Source of the DNA: Candidatus Thorarchaeota archaeon
GTDB lineage: Archaea > Asgardarchaeota > Thorarchaeia > Thorarchaeales > Thorarchaeaceae
Length of the DNA stretch: 64,000 nucleotides
NCBI GenBank assembly: GCA_048884785.1
Contig: JBHLQM010000009.1
Location: 1-64,000 of the forward strand
Reading direction: 5' to 3'
The position numbers were made by a program, and so were the translations under genes. The notes under the pieces were generated by a model. That model was not told where the DNA came from. It was given only the letters and a program-made list of their open reading frames with translations, and ran no database searches. Below are positions 28,135 through 37,368 of this stretch, piece by piece (position 1 is the first letter of the stretch; every line of letters begins with the position of its first letter).

Positions 28135-28470
28135 TTACGAGCGACTACTTTCAACAATTCCCACAATTTCGGCCAACTGTTCTTCGGTGAGATCTGCAGA
28201 CCTCGCATCAATGATAGTCTTGAGTTCTTCAATACTTATTGGTGCGATATTCACAATTTGAACCGCATGGAATTTTGATAGGTTATAGTTCTTCATCAGT
28301 CTATCAACAAGCTTTGCTGCAACTGCTGGTGCCATCTTGGCAAAGGTTGAAGCATGTTCAAGTGTTATTGACTGCTGAAAGGACAGTTCACTCTCCTTTG
28401 CCCGCTTTGTGAGCAACTTCTTAACTTCTGGGAGTGTGATTTCCTCCTCACCTACAATCTCTTTTGGCAT
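28135..28470 (-). CDS. rpo4: RNA polymerase subunit Rpo4 (F)
   Basis: ITLPEVKKLL, ELSFQQ..TLEHA..F.K, AVQIVNIAP...EEL; synteny. Confidence 0.93.
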   Translation of the reverse strand: MPKEIVGEEEITLPEVKKLLTKRAKESELSFQQSITLEHASTFAKMAPAVAAKLVDRLMKNYNLSKFHAVQIVNIAPISIEELKTIIDARSADLTEEQLAEIVGIVESSRS

Positions 28471-28480
28471 CTAGCTCCCC

Positions 28481-28777
28481 TTACCTTCGACTTGGACGTA
28501 GATGCTCTGGTCTTACAATCAGGGATTTCATTGCTTTACCAAGACTGATATCAATGACGTATGCTCGGCCTCTTTTCGCTCGCACGACTCCAGTTCTGCC
28601 ATGGTATCTCTTATGTGGCATTCCTCTATGCACACTTGGATTAATAACCACATTAACACGGTCACCTTCTTGATAATCGACAAGAACCGTACTAAGTGGG
28701 GTAATTCCTCGCTCTCGCACTCTTTTGCTCATCAGGGCTCTTGTGCGTGCACGGAATCCATGACTTTTCTTGACCAT
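28481..28777 (-). CDS. rpl21e: 50S ribosomal protein eL21
   Basis: KSHGFRARTR, GMPHKRYHGRTG, VRPEHL. Confidence 0.97.
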   Translation of the reverse strand: MVKKSHGFRARTRALMSKRVRERGITPLSTVLVDYQEGDRVNVVINPSVHRGMPHKRYHGRTGVVRAKRGRAYVIDISLGKAMKSLIVRPEHLRPSRR

Positions 28778-28868
28778 AGGGCATCAACTTGTTGTACATT
28801 ACACCTCGTGCATCAGAAAAAAGACATACTGCATGCCCGAGGCTCAGCATCCCCTCCGGAGTATCAAC

Positions 28869-30269
28869 TTAAAGATTATGGTCTGTTTGCAAACTATGGA
28901 TTGCTGTTACATCCAACCTCATACACACACAAGCGATACCAAGAACTTCAGAGAGGGAGGGAGTTGTTCTTCCCTCATCACCTGAAACCAGCTCCTTTAC
29001 ATAGGTCCCTCCCTGAACTTTGAAGAACCCCTCCAGAGTAGTTTTATCTACTTTTATCAATCGTACTTCCAGAACTCTTTTTTTTCTAATCAAATCGCTT
29101 CTTCGGTGGGCTACACGATTTGGTGTTCTTTGTTCGATGATTGTGTTACTGAGCGACTTCACCGCCTCTTCAAGTTCTGCATCCTCGGGCTCCCTTTCAA
29201 CCTGAATAATCGCATGGTATTCCTTCTCGTTCTCAGAGGCTTCATTTTTGAGTACCTGAAAGTGTCTTCGCGTTGTAATCCTCAGGTCTGAAACCTCCAC
29301 CTTCCCTTCTGCGAACTGGTTAATAACTGAAGTCAGGTGTTCCAGGTCTGGATTCCGAGCATTTGGTCTGGATATCTCCACAACAAATGGCCTTCCGGTT
29401 CCCAGCATTAGTACATCGATATCTTCTCTTCCGGCGGCATGGACTTTGAATTTCGTGCCCTGCAATTCCTTTTGAGAGGGGGTTCCAATAAACTCTGAAA
29501 CAGACTCCGGATATTTCCTCCCTGTCCCTCCACAGGCATCACATCCCTTTCCTTTACACTCCGAGCAATCCCACCTGCTCTGAGGGATTCCCCGAACCAG
29601 TTTTCTGTATCTGCCATAGATGAAGACTGGATTTATCCTAATTTGCACTTTGTCCTCAGCCATCTTGTAAAACACTACGATGTCTGGGCGTTGGAAGTCA
29701 ACTTCTTTTTTCAAAGCTTTTTCTATCTGCTTTCCAAGTTCTCTATTGAAATCCGACTTTAGTGCCTCGCCATCCGCTAGGCCCATCTGCCCTCGGAGTT
29801 CATCCTCTCTTTCTGCCAAAACTAGATCAGGTTCAGTGCCTACTAGGAAAGTAGCGAACTCAATATTTTGAGCCCTTTCCTGTACTCTCTGAACAATTGA
29901 GGGAATCTTGTCAAAGACACTCTCCTCTCCTATACCACATAAGTGACATGTTTCATCCTTCTGTACCTCTATACCATATTTTTTACAGACTTTTTTGGCA
30001 GAATCCAACATCCCATTGGTGGCTAGAACCTGCAAGAGCTTAATGCCTTCCTCTTTGGAGCCATGTTTGATTTCTTCTTCAGCCATCATTGTTAGTACAA
30101 GCTTCAATGAGGCGCCTCGTTGTCTGTTTGTTGTATCAGTACTTAACCATGCAACCTGGCGGCCCAAACACTGGTCGCATATGGGATGTTTCTCCAATAA
30201 CCTCTGAGCGGTAGTTATTACTCTGGGCCGTTCCTCTTCCATTTTTGCCACCTCGTTTAGTCGAGTCAA
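28869..30269 (-). CDS. pus10: tRNA pseudouridine(54/55) synthase Pus10
   Basis: CDQCLGR, GRYRKLVRGIPQSRW, AGREDIDV, QRTPNRV, GGTYVKEL. Confidence 0.96.
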   Translation of the reverse strand: MTRLNEVAKMEEERPRVITTAQRLLEKHPICDQCLGRQVAWLSTDTTNRQRGASLKLVLTMMAEEEIKHGSKEEGIKLLQVLATNGMLDSAKKVCKKYGIEVQKDETCHLCGIGEESVFDKIPSIVQRVQERAQNIEFATFLVGTEPDLVLAEREDELRGQMGLADGEALKSDFNRELGKQIEKALKKEVDFQRPDIVVFYKMAEDKVQIRINPVFIYGRYRKLVRGIPQSRWDCSECKGKGCDACGGTGRKYPESVSEFIGTPSQKELQGTKFKVHAAGREDIDVLMLGTGRPFVVEISRPNARNPDLEHLTSVINQFAEGKVEVSDLRITTRRHFQVLKNEASENEKEYHAIIQVEREPEDAELEEAVKSLSNTIIEQRTPNRVAHRRSDLIRKKRVLEVRLIKVDKTTLEGFFKVQGGTYVKELVSGDEGRTTPSLSEVLGIACVCMRLDVTAIHSLQTDHNL

Positions 30270-30300
30270 TGTTAGTAATTGATAAAGATGTAGCTATAAC

Positions 30301-31524
30301 TCAAAGAAATGGATTCAGGAATCGGAGTATGCGAATGCCAAGTGTGACCATTCTTGGATTTGTCAGAATCGCTGAAATGACACTACTCTGCATATCCATA
30401 TCTCCTTCTTTTCTGATAATGTCTACCAGAGATCGCTCCTCAGCTTCTTTGATGAGTATATCTAGGCCCCGATCAGAGATCATGGTAATGGCCTTTTGAG
30501 CAAGATACATCAACCTTAACTCTTTCATTAGATACGAGCGCCATTTATTCTCATAACTTCCTAGTTGAATTGGCGTGTTATCATCGATAAGGGCGCTGGA
30601 TATGACATGGCCTGCTGCATTTGCTGAAATCCCTCCAAAGATGACCCCTCCCCCAGTAGTTGCTTTTACTATTCCTGCAGCATCTCCAACAATAAGAAAG
30701 CCATTGTTCACAGTCTTCCTAATTGGCATGCCTACCAAAACAACGCCCCCGAATCCCCTGTCAATATTGGCCCTATCAAGACGTTTCTTGACAATCGGAT
30801 GGTGTTTCATTATATTTGCGAGTCTTTGCTTTGATCTATCCTTAGATGCAAGGCCCACACGTGCCCGTCTATCACCCAGTGGAATTATCCATGCAAAGAA
30901 ACCGCTTGAGATATTTCGTCCATAGAACATCTCTACCAGATCTTCTTCCAGATCTACATTGGAAACCTCATACTGGTATGCAGGAAGCTTACTGCTCCTT
31001 GGTACTCTCGGTAGCCCGACTTGGTCTGATATCTGACATCTCGAGCCTTCCGCATTGATTATTGCTTTAGTAGACCTCACTTCTGATGGTCTATCAGAAG
31101 TGCGAAAATTGTAGACCCCTTCATCAGTTCTCGAAACATTGATGAATTTGCTCTTTACATCGAGTTTCGCACCAGAATCAATTGCACGTCTAGCAAGCCA
31201 TGAATCAAAGAGACGCCGATTCACAACATATGCCTCCCGTTTTCCTCTTTCTATCCGGAGTGCATATCCACTTGGGGAGTAGATCCTGGCACCGGTCACA
31301 TTATTCTGAACCACCTCATGCGGCAATCTCAGACCAAGCCTCTCAAGCCCTGTGCTACTCAGAAGCCCGGCACAATGATCCGGTTTACCGACCGATTCGT
31401 GTTCTTCTAGAACTAATACATCATATCCCTGCTTAGCAATTCTATGTGCCGCTATCAGCCCTGAAGGTCCTGCACCTATGATGATAGCGTCATGGCTCAA
31501 AGAATTCACCACATTACTATCCAT
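30301..31524 (-). CDS. geranylgeranyl reductase family FAD-dependent oxidoreductase
   Basis: IIGAGPSG, HCAG, FFAWIIP, VGDAAG..KATTGGG. Confidence 0.9.
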   Translation of the reverse strand: MDSNVVNSLSHDAIIIGAGPSGLIAAHRIAKQGYDVLVLEEHESVGKPDHCAGLLSSTGLERLGLRLPHEVVQNNVTGARIYSPSGYALRIERGKREAYVVNRRLFDSWLARRAIDSGAKLDVKSKFINVSRTDEGVYNFRTSDRPSEVRSTKAIINAEGSRCQISDQVGLPRVPRSSKLPAYQYEVSNVDLEEDLVEMFYGRNISSGFFAWIIPLGDRRARVGLASKDRSKQRLANIMKHHPIVKKRLDRANIDRGFGGVVLVGMPIRKTVNNGFLIVGDAAGIVKATTGGGVIFGGISANAAGHVISSALIDDNTPIQLGSYENKWRSYLMKELRLMYLAQKAITMISDRGLDILIKEAEERSLVDIIRKEGDMDMQSSVISAILTNPRMVTLGIRILRFLNPFL

Positions 31525-31573
31525 AGAACATCCTTTTTATCTCTCCCCCAACAGAGATAGGTGAATCTCTGAG

Positions 31574-31954
31574 GTGGCCAAACTCATGTTTCAGAGGAAC
31601 TTCACGTATAAACAGGTAATCGCAGTACGAACAGACCTAGGAATGAGTAAAGGAAAGACTGCAGTACAGGTTGCTCATGGTTCTGTCAGTGCAGCAGAGA
31701 AGGCAAGGATTAGCCATCAAGAGATTTGGCGAGCTTGGCTGAAGGAGGGTCAAAAGAAAGTTGCAGTAAAAGTACAATCAGAAGAAGAACTCCTGCAACT
31801 AATGCGCGAGGCTGTCATTCACAGATTACCATATTCATTGATACGTGATGCTGGTATGACTGAGCTTCCTCCAGGAACCATGACTGTGATTGGAATCGGT
31901 CCCGGGAAGTCTGAAGAAGTCGACAAAATCACTGGTAATCTCAAACTGCTATAA
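31574..31954 (+). CDS. pth2: peptidyl-tRNA hydrolase 2
   Basis: KQVIAVRTDLGMSKGK.AVQVAH, GQKK, DAG.TE..PGT.T.IGIGP. Confidence 0.97.
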   Translation: MAKLMFQRNFTYKQVIAVRTDLGMSKGKTAVQVAHGSVSAAEKARISHQEIWRAWLKEGQKKVAVKVQSEEELLQLMREAVIHRLPYSLIRDAGMTELPPGTMTVIGIGPGKSEEVDKITGNLKLL

Positions 31955-31965
31955 GAGGGATATGT

Positions 31966-33315
31966 TTGGTAAATCCCCCTGCTTTAGAAATTGCATTGGG
32001 AATGGAACGATATAGCACATCATTTCAGGGGATAGGTGGACGACTCAAACGAAGATTCGAGGATTTTATTGTAGAAGAGATTGATTCCTCGGGATTAGTA
32101 TCAAGCGTCAATCTGGATTTAGATAGTCCATTCATGCGCGAGAATCTAGAGGTTTCGGGAGATCGTCGAAAAGCGAGATATCTTCATCTAACTATTCAGA
32201 AAATGGGTCTAACAACAATTGATGCTGCTAGTCTTATATCATCATCCCTGAAAATCTCAAGGCATATGGTTAACTATGCCGGACTTAAGGACAAAAGAGC
32301 TCTAACAGTTCAAAAGATGTCAATACCTGTGACTTCCTTGGAAGCTATTAGAAAAACCTACCTTTCCCGAATTTGGATAAATTGCATGGAATACTCCCGA
32401 AGGCAGCTGCACATAGGTGATTTGTGGGGTAATCGCTTCTCAATAATTGTTCGAAACATAGACGCCTCGTGTGAAGACGCACTCGAGAAAGTCAATGAAT
32501 TGGGACAGAGTGTACTCCTGAACTATTTTGGTGTTCAGCGGTTTGGAATAACGCGACCCATTACCCATCTCATAGGAAGGGCACTCATAAAACGCGACTA
32601 CCAGGAGGCTGTTCGGTTGATGCTATCAGAAACCGATTCATATGACTCGGATGATGTTCGAAATATGCGGCAATCATTGATGGATGGTCCTATTAATGAG
32701 TCAATACTGGACCAAATACCAGAGGGCTTGCGCTACGAGAGAATCGTTATCAAGAGCCTAATTAAGAACCCTGATAATTATGAGCTTGCAGTTTCAAGAA
32801 TTCCTCCCCGTATTCAGACACTTTTTGTTCATTCATATCAATCGTACCTGTTTAACCGTTTTATCAGCCTGCGGGCCAAAGAGGGTCTTGGTTTCTCCGA
32901 ACCAGAAGTTGGAGATTTTATTATGAAGCTCGACATGGCACACACGGGACGAGATGAATGGCTTTTTGTAACAGAGCGAAATGTTGAGGAACGACGTGAA
33001 CTCGTACAATCTGGTAAATATGGATTGGCCGGAGCCATCCCAGGATACGCAAGCAAATTACCGAGTACAAAGCAATCAGAGCAGCTACAGCAAATTCTGA
33101 AGGATGAAGGTATACAGCTTGCTGATTTTAGATTCGAGGGCAATCGCCACTTAGATTCAGCTGGCGGATTTCATCTCATTTCAATCACTTTGCCCGATCT
33201 TGAAGCCAAATGCATAGAAGATGGTATATTGATGAATTTCTCCCTCAGAAAGGGGTCGTATGCAACTGTTGTTGTACGAGAACTCATGAAGAATGATCCT
33301 ATAAATCGTGTTTAG
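31966..33315 (+). CDS. truD: tRNA pseudouridine(13) synthase TruD
   Basis: EDFIVEEI, AGLKDKRA, GNRF, NYFGVQRFG, F.L.KGSYAT. Confidence 0.96.
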   Translation: MVNPPALEIALGMERYSTSFQGIGGRLKRRFEDFIVEEIDSSGLVSSVNLDLDSPFMRENLEVSGDRRKARYLHLTIQKMGLTTIDAASLISSSLKISRHMVNYAGLKDKRALTVQKMSIPVTSLEAIRKTYLSRIWINCMEYSRRQLHIGDLWGNRFSIIVRNIDASCEDALEKVNELGQSVLLNYFGVQRFGITRPITHLIGRALIKRDYQEAVRLMLSETDSYDSDDVRNMRQSLMDGPINESILDQIPEGLRYERIVIKSLIKNPDNYELAVSRIPPRIQTLFVHSYQSYLFNRFISLRAKEGLGFSEPEVGDFIMKLDMAHTGRDEWLFVTERNVEERRELVQSGKYGLAGAIPGYASKLPSTKQSEQLQQILKDEGIQLADFRFEGNRHLDSAGGFHLISITLPDLEAKCIEDGILMNFSLRKGSYATVVVRELMKNDPINRV

Positions 33316-33318
33316 CCT

Positions 33319-33900
33319 TCATCTTCTGCTCCCTGAAAACTCTCTTAATTTATCTCCGAAGTCATCTCCCTCAGTTTGGTCCTCTCTCGCAACTCTTTCG
33401 TCCTGATACTGAAACAGAATTGATTCATTTGCGACTGCAGATGCTATTGCTTTGAGTTGTTCTTTTGAATATTTTATTCTCTCTCTGTCCTGTGGTCTCA
33501 ACATCACAATACTTTCCTTGAACCCATTAGGAAGGTAGAGTGTGTTAACACCTACCTCAATAGCAGGAGCAATTAATTCCCTGACAATCGTCCGCAATTT
33601 GGCAGGTCCCTCGACGATAAGTATCTCTCCATAGATCTCTCTGATTTTGGCCATCAGTTCGTCATCGTCAGTAAGAGCAGTCACGCTCTTTTTCTTCACC
33701 ACGAGTACCAGGAGGTCTTTAAAGCGAAGCGCCCTAAGAAGGTCAATCCTATCCGCATGTACTGAATCCTTGCCATTTGCAAGAAGCCATTTGCTGAATT
33801 CAATATCGAATTCGGATAATTCACCGCTATCAAATCTATCTTGACAACTGGGGCATAGCATATCAGACTCTAAATCGAAGACACAAATAGGGAGTCGCAT
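33319..33900 (-). CDS. NusA-like KH-domain protein (archaeal NusA paralogue with N-terminal Zn motif)
   Basis: M.LPIC......MLCPSCQ N-terminus; P....GVNTLYLPNG. Start placed at ATG 33900. Confidence 0.75.
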   Translation of the reverse strand: MRLPICVFDLESDMLCPSCQDRFDSGELSEFDIEFSKWLLANGKDSVHADRIDLLRALRFKDLLVLVVKKKSVTALTDDDELMAKIREIYGEILIVEGPAKLRTIVRELIAPAIEVGVNTLYLPNGFKESIVMLRPQDRERIKYSKEQLKAIASAVANESILFQYQDERVAREDQTEGDDFGDKLREFSGSRR

Positions 33901-33973
33901 CAATAATTCCTCAAGATATGATATTTCGGTGTCTAACAGCCTCAGTATGAGGAGCATATGAGACTTCCGAAGC

Positions 33974-34300
33974 CTACCTTGATAGAGTAATATCTATAGT
34001 CGACACATTTAGATCGCTACCTTTGTCAGTCTGAACTGTGGTAGTGCCAATCTCGATGTGTTTGACAACAAGATCATTGAGGAATCTATGACGCGTGATT
34101 TCCGCTACATCCACGGCTCTGCTAATCAGTCTGCCCCTAGCTTTAATGACAACTTCTGATGATCCCTTGTTGAACAGAGTGACGCAGGCAAGAACATAGC
34201 TCATCACATTCTTAGAGCCAACTAATATAGTTGAATCTCCGCGAGAATTGCTTTCTTTGGTTTTGCCTTCCTTTTCCTCCGCCACGCGATATCTCTCCAA
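33974..34300 (-). CDS. albA: chromatin protein Alba
   Basis: ILVGSKNVMSYVLA, IKARGR.IS.AVDVAEI, NVSTIDI. Confidence 0.96.
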   Translation of the reverse strand: MERYRVAEEKEGKTKESNSRGDSTILVGSKNVMSYVLACVTLFNKGSSEVVIKARGRLISRAVDVAEITRHRFLNDLVVKHIEIGTTTVQTDKGSDLNVSTIDITLSR

Positions 34301-34486
34301 TTACTAATTGAAACATCTCAGCTGAGAGCCATCATTGGTTTCCAACTGATATAGATTTCGTTTCAGATACTAGTGATGCCTGTATCTCAAAAAACGACTA
34401 TAATAACACAATAGGCACATATCAAACTCCCTTTCACAAGGTTTTTCATCATGCAAATCCGAGTTCGGACTCGGATGTTTGAATAG

Positions 34487-35755
34487 ATGTCACAGCTAAC
34501 TTTTCTGGGATCTTGTCGTGAAATTGGCCGCTCTGGATTCTATTTGGAGCAGAGTAACGAAAGTATGCTAATTGACTATGGCACCAAATTCCTCAATCCA
34601 CCTATATTTCCTGACATGGTACCGACAGATAATCTTCAAGGTCTTGCCATTACCCACGCACACCTAGACCACTCAGGTGGGATTCCCAGAGTTCTCTCTG
34701 AAGATGATCAGCTATCGCTGTTCTGTACTCCCGCAACTCGCGATTTGTGTGTGCCGCTGATTCGTGACATGTATAAAATTTCAGGAGGCAGGTTGCCATT
34801 TGATAATAGGGATATTGTACGAATCAAAAGACAATGCCAAGAGGTCACATATGAAGAAACTACACCTCTTGGTAGGCATTTTGAGATGACGCTTTTCAAT
34901 GCAGGTCATATCCCGGGCAGTGCAATGGTGTCAGTACGATATAATGGGAAGCGAATTCTCTTCACTGGGGATTTCAATTCAATAGAATCTCGTTTGAATG
35001 CGGGTGCTAGAAACAATCTGCCTAAACATGATATTGTTGTCACTGAAAGCACCTATGCACGTAGGATAAATCCCAACCGTGAAGAAATCGAAGAGGCTCT
35101 GGTTCAGACAGTCATAGAGACTGTTGAACGAGGTGGTATCGCTTTGATTCCAGCATTTGCAGTTGGACGAAGTCAGGAAGTCATGTGCATTCTAGAACAG
35201 CATGGTATACCTTCAAAATACCCCATCTATGTTGATGGGATGGCGAGACAGGTGAATGAGGTTGTAGTAAAACATCCAAACTACATAGCTTCTCCACAGT
35301 CGTTTGAGAGAGCAGTAAACCGAGCTCATAGCATCTATGATAGAAAAGACAGAATCAATGCCATGAAGAAGCCGGGTATTATTATCTCTCCGGCCGGCAT
35401 GCTAAAAGGTGGAGCCTCCCATCTCTATTTCAAATCTCTCCATGACGATAGCAGGAATAGTATCATTCTTGTTAGTTTTCAGATTCCTGGAACTCCAGGG
35501 GCGGAGCTTCTTTCAAAGAAGAGAGTAACAATTGGGACTGTGGAATACAATGTTCAAGCAGATGTTCGCTATCACCATCTGAGCAGTCACTCAGATTCTC
35601 GTGGATTGATGGACATGCTTCAGAACATCCCCGGTGATCCGGAATTTTTCCTGGTTCATGGTGAGAGTGATTCGTGCGATGCACTTGCTGCAAAGCTAGA
35701 GAAGAAAGGAAAAAAGGCTCGAATCCCAGAACTGAATGAATCTTTTGAGATATAG
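34487..35755 (+). CDS. MBL-fold beta-CASP ribonuclease lacking KH domains (aCPSF2-like)
   Basis: LGSCREIGRS, THAHLDHSG, AGHIPGS, ESTY, PAFAVGRSQE, SSHSD, LVHGE. Confidence 0.92.
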   Translation: MSQLTFLGSCREIGRSGFYLEQSNESMLIDYGTKFLNPPIFPDMVPTDNLQGLAITHAHLDHSGGIPRVLSEDDQLSLFCTPATRDLCVPLIRDMYKISGGRLPFDNRDIVRIKRQCQEVTYEETTPLGRHFEMTLFNAGHIPGSAMVSVRYNGKRILFTGDFNSIESRLNAGARNNLPKHDIVVTESTYARRINPNREEIEEALVQTVIETVERGGIALIPAFAVGRSQEVMCILEQHGIPSKYPIYVDGMARQVNEVVVKHPNYIASPQSFERAVNRAHSIYDRKDRINAMKKPGIIISPAGMLKGGASHLYFKSLHDDSRNSIILVSFQIPGTPGAELLSKKRVTIGTVEYNVQADVRYHHLSSHSDSRGLMDMLQNIPGDPEFFLVHGESDSCDALAAKLEKKGKKARIPELNESFEI

Positions 35756-35816
35756 ACAAGCTTCGTTCGCACTAATTAGATGCTAAGTGATTGTAGGGGG
35801 GAAAGAGAATCCACAC

Positions 35817-36032
35817 TTATTCAGCTTCAGTAGTTGGACGAGCTTCAACCTTCGGGCAAGTGACCTTGTTATAAACCTCTTCGCCCTTCTGCGGATCAAG
35901 AATAATAGTATAGAGATATTTCGCCGTGCGTAATTTGAGCTTGACATGATCTGGTCCTCTCTTGATACGGCACTCGATAGCATCATTGCTCATCTCAAGG
36001 AATTTCTCCACATCATTAATCTGCTTCGGCAT
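35817..36032 (-). CDS. rpl38e: 50S ribosomal protein eL38
   Basis: MPKQINDVEKFL...CRIKR...VKLKLRT.KYLYT. Confidence 0.92.
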   Translation of the reverse strand: MPKQINDVEKFLEMSNDAIECRIKRGPDHVKLKLRTAKYLYTIILDPQKGEEVYNKVTCPKVEARPTTEAE

Positions 36033-36064
36033 TTATTGAGCCCCTGTCTTCTTTTGGTTTTGAA

Positions 36065-36173
36065 TGGTGGGCCGGGGGAGACTTGAATTCGGGTTCTGTG
36101 TCAATTACGTCCACAGAATCTCCCGACCTTCGCCGTGTGAAGGCGACGTCATAGCCGACTAGACCACCGGCCC
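36065..36173 (-). tRNA. tRNA-Val(CAC) with a 32-nt intron at position 53/54 (36088-36119)
   Basis: GGGCCGG acceptor pairs with CCGGCCC-ACCA; anticodon arm TCGCC-TTCACAC-GGCGA. Removing the intron restores GGGAG-TTCAAGT-CTCCC and a 77-nt tRNA. Splice motif: central helix CGGG/CCCG with AG|A and AA|T junctions. Confidence 0.95.
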
Positions 36174-36201
36174 CTAGCACTCGCCTATAACACATAGTCG
36201 T

Positions 36202-36360
36202 TTAATTCTTCTTCCTTCTCTTCGGCCTAAGGTCCTTGGTTTTGCACCTTCTACACTTCTTCGCCTTTAGAGGGTTTGTTGCCCCGCAAGTTCGACATAC
36301 TGACTTGTAAAGCAAGTAGTGCTGTGCGAGTCTACGTTTCTCAATGTCAGAAACTGGCAT
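36202..36360 (-). CDS. rpl40e: 50S ribosomal protein eL40 (absent from the ORF track)
   Basis: Manual translation gives MPVSDIEKRRLAQHYLLYKSVCRTCGATNPLKAKKCRRCKTKDLRPKRRKKN (52 aa), with CxxCxAxNP...CRRC...LRPK. Confidence 0.95.
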   Translation of the reverse strand: MPVSDIEKRRLAQHYLLYKSVCRTCGATNPLKAKKCRRCKTKDLRPKRRKKN

Positions 36361-36465
36361 TTATAGGACCTCTTTCGTTTAGTATACGGACTCCATCCAG
36401 TCCGCTCAGGCCATCCGAGAGCCTATGAATATAAACCTGTTCCTGTGGCGGAAGAAAGTGAAAGC

Positions 36466-36490
36466 GCTGGAGAACCACTCGGTTTCCAGC
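36466..36490 (-). terminator. stem-loop just downstream of sucD, followed by a pyrimidine-rich tract
   Basis: GCTGGA-G-AACC-ACTC-GGTT-TCCAGC; the minus strand continues GCTTTCACTTTCTTCC. Confidence 0.45.
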
Positions 36491-36498
36491 ATCAGCAT

Positions 36499-37368
36499 CT
36501 ATAGAAGCTCTTTGAGAATTCTTGCCACATCGCTGGGCTTCTCTGCAACCTGAATCCCTGCATTATTCAATGCCTTGATCTTGGCATCCGCAGTTCCAGT
36601 ACTTCCGCTAATAATTGCTCCTGCATGCCCCATTCTTTTACCTGTAGGAGCTGTTCTTCCAGCGATGAACCCTACAACAGGACGATCGAATTCCTTCTCT
36701 ATGTAGACTGCAGCTCTCTCCTCTGCATCCCCTCCTATTTCTCCCACCAGAACAAGAGCTTTTGTATCGTTATCTTGTTTGAATAGCTCAACTCCTTCAA
36801 GAGTAGTGAGTCCAACACAGGGATCTCCTCCAAGACCAATTGCAGTGGATATGCCTATACCAGCATTCGTCATACCTGCAGCTATTTCATAGGTCAATGT
36901 ACCACTCCGTGACATAAGACCCACCTTGCCATCTGAGAAGACATGCCCAGGCATGATACCAAGCTTTTGCTTGGCTCCAGGAGTAATGATGCCTGGTGTA
37001 TTTGGCCCGATAATTGTGATATTCTTCTGCTTGGCAGCATGAATTATTTTGATTTCATCTTGTACTGGGACATGTTCTGTTATTATTACCACTGGATTCA
37101 GATCATTTGCAATAGCTTCGTACGCCGCATCTGCGGCAAATGATGCAGGTATGAAAATGACGGACGCAGTAGCACCCTCAGCCTCTTTCGCTTCGCGCAC
37201 ACTATTGTAGACTGGAACGCCATGTACTCTCTCTCCTGCCTTTCCTGGCGAAGTACCTGCAACAACTTTAGTTCCATACTTCAACATTGCTTCGGTGTGG
37301 AACGTTCCCTGAGAACCAGTGATCCCCTGCACTACTACTCGTGTGTCTTTGTTCACCAGCACTGCCAT
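36499..37368 (-). CDS. sucD: succinate--CoA ligase alpha subunit
   Basis: VQGITG..G.FH, IGPNTPG, SRSGTLTYE, GEIGG, MGHAGA. Confidence 0.97.
   Translation of the reverse strand: MAVLVNKDTRVVVQGITGSQGTFHTEAMLKYGTKVVAGTSPGKAGERVHGVPVYNSVREAKEAEGATASVIFIPASFAADAAYEAIANDLNPVVIITEHVPVQDEIKIIHAAKQKNITIIGPNTPGIITPGAKQKLGIMPGHVFSDGKVGLMSRSGTLTYEIAAGMTNAGIGISTAIGLGGDPCVGLTTLEGVELFKQDNDTKALVLVGEIGGDAEERAAVYIEKEFDRPVVGFIAGRTAPTGKRMGHAGAIISGSTGTADAKIKALNNAGIQVAEKPSDVARILKELL

Noticed and set aside
28778-28868. SRP RNA, often found between pus10 and rpl21e
   Set aside because: The gap is only ~90 nt and lacks SRP helix motifs.
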